From NCBI GenBank assembly GCA_026396805.1, contig JAPLVZ010000011.1:54135-118134 (forward strand): a DNA stretch of 64,000 nucleotides, written 5' to 3'. Positions 9,250-17,403 of the stretch are shown here, piece by piece. The notes below the pieces were generated by a model. That model had not been told where the DNA came from. It ran no database searches and worked only from the letters and a program-made list of their open reading frames with translations. The position numbers and the translations under genes are program-made. Numbering within the stretch: position 1 is the first letter of the stretch; every line of letters begins with the position of its first letter. The DNA is from Candidatus Falkowbacteria bacterium (GTDB taxonomy: Bacteria > Patescibacteriota > Patescibacteriia > Patescibacteriales > UBA12465).

Positions 9250-10410
9250 TTATTTAAAATTTTCAACTATACCTTTATCGTTCCGGCGACTGGCGATAAA
9301 CTCGCTCATCCGGCGCTTAAAATTCTCCACGGAATATTGACTAGCATGCGCGCGAATCTCTTCCGGATTATATGCCTCCGCTTTAAAATTTCTAATCGCC
9401 ATTTCCAGCGCTTCCGAAGTCTGAACATCAAAAAATACTCCCGTCTTCCCGGCCACGATAGTTTCGGTGGCGCCGCCTTTGCGGTAAGCGATAACCGGCC
9501 GGCCGCTGGCCATAGATTCCACGACAGTAATGCCAAAATCTTCTTCTTGAGGATTAATAAAAGCTTCGGCCCCGCGGTAAAGGCGGGCTTTTTTTTCTTC
9601 AGTTACCCGACCTAAAAATTCAATATTAGAACTCTCATTATCTTTGAGGGCGGTATTTTCACCGGCGATTTTTTTCAGTCTCTTCAAATCAACACCGTCG
9701 CCGAATATTTTCAACTTATAGCCCTGACCTAATTTCTTAAAAACTTCAATAACCAAATCAAGGCGCTTGTACGGCGCCAAGCGGCAGCCGGCCAAAAAAT
9801 ATTTTTCGCTTGTTGCCTTTTCAGCCGGAGAAATAATAGAAAACTTCTCGGTTTCTACCGGCGGATAAATGACGACGGACTCGCGCCGATAATATTTTCG
9901 GATACGTTTTTGAACGGTAACGGAATTGGCAATGAATAAATCAACCCGATCGGCGGCCGCCCGATCCCAAAGACGGATACGGGAAAGAACCAGAGAAATT
10001 ATCTTCTTGAACCATTTATTATACTTGAGCTCGTTGAGATACTCATGAGTATCGCTCCAAAGATAACGGGTCGGGGTATGGCAATAGCAGATATGGAGGC
10101 AATTGGGTTTAGTGATGACCCCTTTGGCGAAAGAGCTGGTGTCGGAAATAACCAGGTCATAAGCGCTTAAATCAAAAAATTCCACCGCAATCGGCATAAA
10201 AAAAAGATACCACTGATAATGCTTGACGCCGCCGGGCAATTTTTGGATAACGGAAGTCGCGATCTGGTGGCCGGCGTAACAATCAATATTTTTCTTCTCG
10301 TAAAGAAGCGTAAATATCGGCGCTTCCTTGAACATGTCCGCCAAGACCTGCAGCACCTTTTCGGCGCCGCCGTCCTGGGCTAAATGGTCATGGATTAAAG
10401 CGGTTGGCAT
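9250..10410 (-). CDS. glycosyltransferase family 4
   Basis: 386 aa. Motifs AFINPQEEDFGITVVESMASGRPVIA and GGATETI. Confidence 0.85.
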   Translation of the reverse strand: MPTALIHDHLAQDGGAEKVLQVLADMFKEAPIFTLLYEKKNIDCYAGHQIATSVIQKLPGGVKHYQWYLFFMPIAVEFFDLSAYDLVISDTSSFAKGVITKPNCLHICYCHTPTRYLWSDTHEYLNELKYNKWFKKIISLVLSRIRLWDRAAADRVDLFIANSVTVQKRIRKYYRRESVVIYPPVETEKFSIISPAEKATSEKYFLAGCRLAPYKRLDLVIEVFKKLGQGYKLKIFGDGVDLKRLKKIAGENTALKDNESSNIEFLGRVTEEKKARLYRGAEAFINPQEEDFGITVVESMASGRPVIAYRKGGATETIVAGKTGVFFDVQTSEALEMAIRNFKAEAYNPEEIRAHASQYSVENFKRRMSEFIASRRNDKGIVENFK

Positions 10411-10416
10411 GAGATT

Positions 10417-11832
10417 TTATTCCGCCGCGCGATGCTTCAGCACCGCGAAGGGCGTTCTTAATAGAATAGAAATGTCCAGGAGCATGGACCAATTTTCAAT
10501 ATAATAAATATCGAGCTTAGCTTCTTCTTCAAACAATAAATCGCTGCGTCCGGAAACTTGCGCCAGACCGGTAATCCCCGGCTTGATGGTCAAAGTCTTG
10601 CGATGATAATTTTCATATTTGGCGACTTCTTCCGGCAAATGCGGACGCGGACCGACTAAGCTCATGCGGCCGATGAAAACCAAAAATAATTCCGGCAATT
10701 CATCGATGGACCAGCGGCGAATTATTTTTCCGACGCGCATGATGCGCGGGTCGTTTTTAATCTTGACCATCGGACCGTCGGTGCGAATATTTCTCTCCGC
10801 GAGTTCATTATAACGCATGCTGTCGGAATTAGGAATCATGGAACGGAACTTAAAATATTTAAAAGGCACGCCGCCTTCGCCGACGCGAGTCACCGGCTGG
10901 CCGTCGTCGCGGCGCGAAAAAAAAATCGGTCCCCGGGAGTCAAGTTTGATAGCCAGCATGGTAATCAGGATGAGCGGCGAGAGGATAATTATCAGAAAAG
11001 AAGAAACAATTATGTCAAAACCGCGCTTTAAAATCCGACCCCAGCCTTCCAGCGTCGTCCGTTTGACTTCCACGACCGGAATACCGATGATTTCCGCGAC
11101 TTCCGTCCTTAACACTTTCACTTCCAGCAGATCGGCGACATATTTAAAAGTCAGGTGATTATCATTGGCGAAATCATAAAGACGCAAAGTTTCTATCTTG
11201 CTTAAGTTAGGATCGCTCTGGATAATCTCATCGATTTCCTTATCCTTGATAAATCCGGCCAGTTCCTGGGCGGTCTCCAAAGAAAAATCCCGAACTCGCT
11301 TGATAACTTCAAAACCGGCTTTCTTATTGCTGGAAAATTCCGTCATCAGATTATCGGTCGTCTTGGAATTGCCGACCAGAATAACTTTATGGATGCCGAT
11401 GCCAAAAACATATAAACGGCGTTGAATGAAACGGATGAGAATATGGGCGAAGCTGATATAGACGACGGCGAAAAGCCAGCCGGCTAAAACAATAAAACGC
11501 GAATCAAAAAGTTCGCGCTGGAAAAAAATCATTATCGCGATTAGAGCCAGACCGGTGGAACAAGCAAAAAATATTTTTTTCAGTTCCTGCGCCAATTGGC
11601 GCGCGCCCTTAATCTGATATAGGCCGGCGATTATAAAAATAATCGTCCACAAAACAGCGATCAGAACCACCGAACGAAAATATTCCGGAAAAGGCAAATT
11701 AAAAATAACCGGGCGGATACTATCCGACCAGTTTGAAAATCTTAAATAATAGGCGGAGAGACCGGCCGCAAGAACCATAATAAAATCCACCGGAATAAAA
11801 AGAACGGAAAAAAATGATTCAATTTTTTTCAT
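10417..11832 (-). CDS. polyprenyl-phosphate sugar phosphotransferase (WbaP/exopolysaccharide priming transferase family)
   Basis: 471 aa. N-terminal TM bundle plus the C-terminal bacterial sugar transferase motif DELPQ-like SIDELPELFLVFIGRMSLVGPRP. Confidence 0.88.
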   Translation of the reverse strand: MKKIESFFSVLFIPVDFIMVLAAGLSAYYLRFSNWSDSIRPVIFNLPFPEYFRSVVLIAVLWTIIFIIAGLYQIKGARQLAQELKKIFFACSTGLALIAIMIFFQRELFDSRFIVLAGWLFAVVYISFAHILIRFIQRRLYVFGIGIHKVILVGNSKTTDNLMTEFSSNKKAGFEVIKRVRDFSLETAQELAGFIKDKEIDEIIQSDPNLSKIETLRLYDFANDNHLTFKYVADLLEVKVLRTEVAEIIGIPVVEVKRTTLEGWGRILKRGFDIIVSSFLIIILSPLILITMLAIKLDSRGPIFFSRRDDGQPVTRVGEGGVPFKYFKFRSMIPNSDSMRYNELAERNIRTDGPMVKIKNDPRIMRVGKIIRRWSIDELPELFLVFIGRMSLVGPRPHLPEEVAKYENYHRKTLTIKPGITGLAQVSGRSDLLFEEEAKLDIYYIENWSMLLDISILLRTPFAVLKHRAAE

Positions 11833-11855
11833 ATGTAAATTTTTTGTTAACTGGT

Positions 11856-12292
11856 GTTATTAGAGCAGCCGTAAGCCGGATTCTGTTCTAGCGATCATTT
11901 ATCTAGGCGCGCCATTGCTGGCGAGCTCGAGCGAGCTACTTACCTTAACTCGTTCCGCCATCCGCCAACCGGCGGAGGCGGACGAGTTAGTTTGCTCTTG
12001 CTTCTGATAGGGTTTACCACGGCATCTCCGTCACTGGAGGCCGAAGCCGGTAGCCCCGAAGGGCATCCAGCCACTTTTCACCTTTGATTCTGTCAAAAAT
12101 TCCAGAATTAGTATTGTCTCTGTGGCACTTTCCCTAATCCATTTAGTCTTAAAACGAGACTAGCCCGTAAATTAAGAAAAATAGACCGGTGGGCGTTACC
12201 CACTATCATATTTGCTTATAAATAAACAAATTACGAAGTCCGGACTTTCCTCTCTATTAAAAATAGAGCAATCGCCCGCTTACTCTAATAAC
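11856..12292 (-). ncRNA. rnpB: RNase P RNA, bacterial type A
   Basis: Minus-strand read contains GAGGAAAGTCCGGACTTCG, GTGGGTAACGCCCAC, AGGGAAAGTGCCACAGAGA, GCCGTGGTAAACCC..AAGCAAGAGCAAA and CCTAGATAAATGATCGCTAGAACAGAATCCGGCTTACGG. P1 pairs GTTATTAGAG with CTCTAATAAC. Confidence 0.9.
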
Positions 12293-12298
12293 GTTTTT

Positions 12299-12327
12299 AT
12301 AATATAAGAAAAACCAAAAAAAAGCAA
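12299..12327 (-). promoter_or_regulatory. promoter for rnpB (TTGCTT-17-TATTAT)
   Basis: Minus strand: TTGCTT (12327-12322), 17-nt spacer, TATTAT (12304-12299). The predicted start coincides with the P1 5' end. Confidence 0.55.
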
Positions 12328-12330
12328 GAG

Positions 12331-12358
12331 AAAAGCCACCCGAAGGTGGCTTTTTTTA
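12331..12358 (-). terminator. intrinsic terminator of the 1298-aa gene
   Basis: Stem GCCACC-CGAA-GGTGGC (12335-12350) flanked by A/T runs. Overlaps the stop codon. Confidence 0.7.
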
Positions 12359-15300
12359 TTGATTATTAGCGTAAAGTTCTCTTACTTGATTGGGGCTCAA
12401 GGCGCCCTTCCAAAGGCTTAAACTGTCAATCTCCGCCTTTTCCCCATTGGTCATTATCTTTATCCCCCTGACTTTTTCCCCGTCAGGCATCCAGATTAAA
12501 GACGTGCTCGCCTTCTCTTCTCCGTCCACATAAAAGTTCAATTTATAACGATAGGAATCATAAACATAGGTCAAATAATGCCAATCGCAACCGCCGGGTA
12601 TGGCCTTATTAAGACCCTCCACTAAAACTCCGTAGCTATTGTTAAACCAATAATCCAGACGATAATTATCCGCCAATATGGCAAAAAGATTTTTTTCGTT
12701 ATTCGCCCCGCCGGTCAAATAAATATCGGCTTGGCCGTTATAAGGGTCGGAGCGATCGCGCCACCAGAAAGCCATAGACAAATCTTTAGTTTCCGGAAAA
12801 TTTTCCAGCGCGCCGGAGTGAGGACGACCGGTGATGCTCTTAATAGCGTAATTATTAGGACCGCGGCTAGTCCAAGAGTTGGCGGCTAAATTAAGCACGG
12901 CTCCGCCGACGCTATCTAGCGCCGTCAGACCAATATCTTCTTCAAAACTCCAAAAATGAAGAAGTTCGGCCGCCGTTTGCGCTTCGCGTACCGGCATCGG
13001 ACTGTATGGCGCGTCGGTTTCATAATCCGCTTTTATTTCCAAGGCCGTGAGCGGTCTGTTCCAAAGCCCCAGTTCATCAAACAAAACCGCGACGCTCTCG
13101 CTTCTAATTTCTAAATCAGTCATCACCGGCAAACGTTGCCAAAAAAATTCTTGGACGACCAGAAGCGAGTCGATATAAACTTCCCAATGACCCGCCGCCT
13201 GGTTTATCACTAGAGTCAATTTATGCCATTTATAATCATCGGGAATTCCTTGATAATACCGGAATTCAGAATCCGGCAAGCCTTCTATTTCTAGCATGCT
13301 GGCGTCGGTTCTAATCGAAAATCTTTCTCCCGCGGCGTTTGATAAAACGGTTTTTATGCTCGGCACATCCCATGACTTCTGATAATAGAAACTCAAAGAA
13401 AATCCGTTATTCATATCAACCGCCGGATCAAGAAAAATATTTAACGGCTGTTCGCCGCGATTGCCGAACTGACGCGCGCAATCCCATTTCCCGACCGCCC
13501 AAGTCCCCTCTCCGTAGCATTCGTTAAAATGCCAAATGTCGGTCAGGCCGGCGGAGACAATCGGAATCGGCGGAGAAAATAAATCTAAGTTGACGATCGG
13601 TTCAGGGCTAACTGCGTCAGGATCGTCGGAAGCAATCAGATTAAAATCGGTGGAATTATTATGAGTATCAGCCAGACGGTTTAAAATATAAGCATCCGGA
13701 ATTTCCAGCGCCGGTCCGTTACCTTCATAATAAAGAGCCGCGGAACCAAAGCCGACTAAATCAATAATATCCGGATCAGTACTGGAACTAATCGCGTCAC
13801 TCCCTAAATAAAAACTATATCCGTTCCCGTCCCAAACGAATTCTGTTCGTGTCGCAATCGCGTCCGCTTGGTCAAGATAATAACTATTGGCGTCATCTCG
13901 CGCTATCAGATAACTGTTATGCGCCTTAATTACCGTGCCTCCCGGATAAAAACCGTCACCGGCGTCTCCGAAGCGCATTAATATATTCGGATCTTGTGTG
14001 GAAACCGATTTTTCTAAGCGATAACCAGCAATCCCCAAGTCAAAATCGTTATCAGTCGGATTAAATAATTCTATCCAGTCATTATCGCCGGTACTATAAA
14101 TCTTCTGTATCAACAGTAATCGACCCCAATCAATATTTTCGGTTGAGGTCGCGGTTTCTGATTCATTAGGGTCCGTAGAAGTCGCGGTTTCCGAAGTTGA
14201 AGTCGCGGTTTCCGAAGTTGAAGTCGCGGTTTCCGACTCATTAAGGTTAGTTGAAGTGGCTGTCTCTGGAGTTGAGGTGGCGGTTTCCGAGGTATCGTTA
14301 ATATTAGTGTTTAAAGCAATAGACGGGTCATCGCTTAAAACTAATTCAAAATCTATGGCATTATCATCAGACGAACTGGCACGCCGCAAAATATAATTGT
14401 CCTTGATCTCCGGCGCCGGCCCGCTGCCTAAGAAATAAGTCGCGTCGGCGCCGAATCCGACCGCGTCAACGATATCCGGGCCTTGACTGGAGCTAATCGC
14501 CCCGGTACCTAAAAATAATGTATAACCCGAGCCGGGCCAACTAAATCCTTCTCGAATAACCAGAGCATCGGCCTTTTGCTTATAATAATCACTCGCGCCG
14601 CCGTTTACAATTAAATATGTGTCATGCGCCTTGATTATCGTTCCGCCGGGGTAAATTCCGTCATCAACATCGCCGACGCGAAATAATAAACTTGGATCAA
14701 CAGCGGTTTTCGCCCTTTCCAGACGATAACCGGACGCGGCCAAATCAAAATCATGGTCGGTCGGATTGATTAATTCTACCCAATCATTATCGCCGGTGCT
14801 ATAAATCCTATTGATAATCGCCAATTTCGGATAATTATCAGCCGCGACACTGGAAGAAGAACCACCGGAACTGCCGGAGGAAGAGCCGCCGGAGCCGCCG
14901 GAACCGCCGCTATGAACTGTAGCGGAACTGACGACGGGCGCGGCCGGACTGTAATAAGCCGGACTGGCTGTTTTAGTCTGACTGATCGTTTTAGCCTGAC
15001 TGGCGGCCACGGTCGTACTCGCTTTAGCGGCCGCGGGCGTGTTGGTTTTAGACGCGCTAATTTTAGACGCGCTAATTTTACTTGTGTTAGTTTTAACCGC
15101 AACGGCTTTAGTCCCGGTAGTCTGGTTAGTGCCGGTTCCAACACTTGAACTTTTTGTACTGCTGTTAATCGCCGTTTTTGCCGCCGTCGCTTTATTTACA
15201 GTCACGACTTTCTTAGTACCGCTCGCGGCGCCTGTCGACTGTAAATCATCATTAATTAAAGTCAAAGACGTTCCAGCTCCGGAATTAAAAATTTTCTGAC

Positions 15301-16252
15301 TTAAGTTTTTCGCTATTTCTTTAGTTTTTACGGCAACTTTCACGGCCGTTTCTTTAATGGCCGCGCCGACAATCTTTAATGAGGAAATCGGATTATTAAT
15401 CAGGCTCCAGCGCGCCACTAAGGCCTTGACGTTCAGCGGGCCATTAATCTCGGCGCGCGAAAAAGACGAAGAAATCTCCACATCCGCCGCCACCGCCGTC
15501 AAGGTAGGCTGAAGAAACTGGGTATAAGGCAGAAAAATATAGCGCTCCCCCTCGTGTTCCAAGCCGACATCATAACCGATAATTTCCGGAGCCGGAATTA
15601 AAATATCCGTCCGCCGCGCAATCTTGGAAAATTCCCGCTCCTTGGAAAAACAATCTCCGGAGGAATTAACGACGCTAGAATTATCAAAACCGTCGGGCGT
15701 AATATCGACGGCATAATAAGCCGGGTCATACTCCAGGGCTCCAAGATTATTGGGGTTATAGACATTCGCGCTTTCATATAATTTTTCCGTCAAACCGACG
15801 CAAGTCCATTCCTTATCGCCGGGACCTTTCTGATTGTGAAAATCAAAATCATAACCGAGATTTTTTCCGACTAAACTCTTGGCGAGAGCGACGACGCGCG
15901 CCTGTTGCAGGGCGCTGACAGAGCTGGGCATGCGCGCGCCGAGAAAAGTTTCGCCGTCGGCCCGATTAACGAAATATTTCGCCGGATTCTTGATTACGCC
16001 TCCGCTCATCGCCTCCACGATATAATCCTGCCCGTCCTCTTTACCGATATAAATGGCGACATGGCCGGAATAAATATTCCTGATTATACCTTTTTCCGAA
16101 TAAACTAGCGGGTCTTGGCTATAACCGAACATTTTTCCGTCGCCGGAAGTTCGGTATAATAAAGTTCCCGGCGGCATCGCTCGGCATAATTCCGGAAGAA
16201 AAAATAAACAAACCGCTAAAGCCAACGTAAATAATGATTTTTTATATTTCAT
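12356..16252 (-). CDS. giant secreted multidomain protein: permuted papain-like (YiiX/NlpC-P60-like) domain + 2x lamin-tail-like (LTD) + 2x LamG/ConA-like lectin domains
   Basis: - Signal peptide MKYKKSLFTLALAVCLFFLPELCRA.
- His..Cys pair: GHVAIYIG and EWTCVGLTEKLYE.
- S/T/A/G low-complexity linkers.
- LTD cores STGDNDWVELINPTDHDFDL and STGDNDWIELFNPTDNDFDL.
- LamG-like ends WHKLTLV..VYIDSLLV..DELGLWNRPLTALEI and WHYLTYV..FYVDGEE..IDSLSLWKGALSPNQV. Confidence 0.8.
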   Translation of the reverse strand: MKYKKSLFTLALAVCLFFLPELCRAMPPGTLLYRTSGDGKMFGYSQDPLVYSEKGIIRNIYSGHVAIYIGKEDGQDYIVEAMSGGVIKNPAKYFVNRADGETFLGARMPSSVSALQQARVVALAKSLVGKNLGYDFDFHNQKGPGDKEWTCVGLTEKLYESANVYNPNNLGALEYDPAYYAVDITPDGFDNSSVVNSSGDCFSKEREFSKIARRTDILIPAPEIIGYDVGLEHEGERYIFLPYTQFLQPTLTAVAADVEISSSFSRAEINGPLNVKALVARWSLINNPISSLKIVGAAIKETAVKVAVKTKEIAKNLSQKIFNSGAGTSLTLINDDLQSTGAASGTKKVVTVNKATAAKTAINSSTKSSSVGTGTNQTTGTKAVAVKTNTSKISASKISASKTNTPAAAKASTTVAASQAKTISQTKTASPAYYSPAAPVVSSATVHSGGSGGSGGSSSGSSGGSSSSVAADNYPKLAIINRIYSTGDNDWVELINPTDHDFDLAASGYRLERAKTAVDPSLLFRVGDVDDGIYPGGTIIKAHDTYLIVNGGASDYYKQKADALVIREGFSWPGSGYTLFLGTGAISSSQGPDIVDAVGFGADATYFLGSGPAPEIKDNYILRRASSSDDNAIDFELVLSDDPSIALNTNINDTSETATSTPETATSTNLNESETATSTSETATSTSETATSTDPNESETATSTENIDWGRLLLIQKIYSTGDNDWIELFNPTDNDFDLGIAGYRLEKSVSTQDPNILMRFGDAGDGFYPGGTVIKAHNSYLIARDDANSYYLDQADAIATRTEFVWDGNGYSFYLGSDAISSSTDPDIIDLVGFGSAALYYEGNGPALEIPDAYILNRLADTHNNSTDFNLIASDDPDAVSPEPIVNLDLFSPPIPIVSAGLTDIWHFNECYGEGTWAVGKWDCARQFGNRGEQPLNIFLDPAVDMNNGFSLSFYYQKSWDVPSIKTVLSNAAGERFSIRTDASMLEIEGLPDSEFRYYQGIPDDYKWHKLTLVINQAAGHWEVYIDSLLVVQEFFWQRLPVMTDLEIRSESVAVLFDELGLWNRPLTALEIKADYETDAPYSPMPVREAQTAAELLHFWSFEEDIGLTALDSVGGAVLNLAANSWTSRGPNNYAIKSITGRPHSGALENFPETKDLSMAFWWRDRSDPYNGQADIYLTGGANNEKNLFAILADNYRLDYWFNNSYGVLVEGLNKAIPGGCDWHYLTYVYDSYRYKLNFYVDGEEKASTSLIWMPDGEKVRGIKIMTNGEKAEIDSLSLWKGALSPNQVRELYANNQ
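14143..14292. repeat. in-frame 18/21-bp tandem repeats encoding (S)ETATST units
   Basis: GAAGTCGCGGTTTCCGAAGTT-type units repeated about 7 times between the two LTD modules. Confidence 0.85.
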
Positions 16253-16278
16253 ATTTTTAAACCTTAAGTTAAATAATC

Positions 16279-17112
16279 TTAATTATTATAATATTCATCC
16301 CATTCCGACGCGCTCACTTCCGGCACGATGAATTCCTCTCCTGCCAGCCGATTCAGGCTATCGGCGGCGAAGGCGCGGCTGATAGAATCGCCGCTGGATT
16401 CGGTCAGGTAATAGGCGGTCAAAATATTTTTTGTTTCAGCCGGTAAAACCGGATAATAATCACTTAGTAAAAGTATCAAGGGCTGGCGCAGGCGTTTATC
16501 GGTTCCGGAATTAAATATTATCTTCTTAATAAGTTCCAGTTGCCCGCTGTTAAAAAGATCCGACTTATCGGCCAACGAACTTAGAGCGTTTATCGCCGCC
16601 AGCTTAACGGCTAAATCATCATCACCGGTCAAAATCTCATAATAGTAATCAAGAGGGTTACTTCCCGCGCTTAGAGCCGGCGCGCTAAATGCCGTGAGTA
16701 TGGCGGCGCGAATCAAAGGATTATCCCCTTGAGCCATGAAATTTTTAATATAATCAGGGGGATTATCGGGTCCGTCCGCCTCTTTAATCATCCCGATTAA
16801 ATTTATCCGAAAATTAGTTTCATTTTTTTCATCCAAGAAATATTCCTTCAGGCGCCGAGCGCCCTTGGAATCGGGATGATCCCTTAACTCTTTAGTTATT
16901 TCCGACATGGCTGTTTCCCTTTCGGCGGCGCAAGTTTCATGGCAAATCAGATCTTCGCGCCAAGAGCGGCGCAATTTCTCTAAATTTATTTCTGTTGGAC
17001 TGACCAGGAGCACCGATAAAACGAAATAAAACAAAACGAACGAAAGCGCGGCGAGAGCAGCCAGAAGTCGTTTCTTCTTTAAGGCTAACAAGCGCCGAAA
17101 AAAATTTTTCAT
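16279..17112 (-). CDS. membrane-anchored HEAT/ARM-like repeat protein (hypothetical)
   Basis: 277 aa with an N-terminal TM (LLAALAALSFVLFYFVLSVLLV) followed by an alpha-helical repeat-like sequence. Confidence 0.6.
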   Translation of the reverse strand: MKNFFRRLLALKKKRLLAALAALSFVLFYFVLSVLLVSPTEINLEKLRRSWREDLICHETCAAERETAMSEITKELRDHPDSKGARRLKEYFLDEKNETNFRINLIGMIKEADGPDNPPDYIKNFMAQGDNPLIRAAILTAFSAPALSAGSNPLDYYYEILTGDDDLAVKLAAINALSSLADKSDLFNSGQLELIKKIIFNSGTDKRLRQPLILLLSDYYPVLPAETKNILTAYYLTESSGDSISRAFAADSLNRLAGEEFIVPEVSASEWDEYYNN

Positions 17113-17239
17113 ATTTTTGTTTGCGTTAATTAATTAGTTTCTCCACTATAGCAGAAGCGCCGTGATGGAATTTTTAATTTTTCTTAAAATGTTTTCCTGT
17201 TTTCCACCATAAAAACACCTGAATTAACAGGCGTTTTCA

Positions 17240-17275
17240 ATAAAAACAAAAATCAGACCCAGTGGGTCTGATTTC
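17240..17275 (-). terminator. intrinsic terminator downstream of the 771-aa gene
   Basis: Stem ATCAGACCC-AGT-GGGTCTGAT (17252-17272). The minus-strand read is followed by TTTTTGTTTTT. Confidence 0.6.
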
Positions 17276-17403
17276 TACAAAAAACATTTTAACTTTTTAT
17301 TTATCAATTCACGTTCTTTTTCTAATCGGAATTAACTCACACCCTTCTTTTAAAATCAATCAGCGCTATTTCTCAAATCAGATTCAGCCTCTTCTTTCTT
17401 GTC

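Noticed and set aside
14776-15299. ORFs of 122, 78 and 86 aa overlapping the Ser/Thr/Gly-rich linker of the 1298-aa gene
   Set aside because: Repetitive GC-rich codons keep several frames open. The long frame carries the flanking LTD and papain-like domains.
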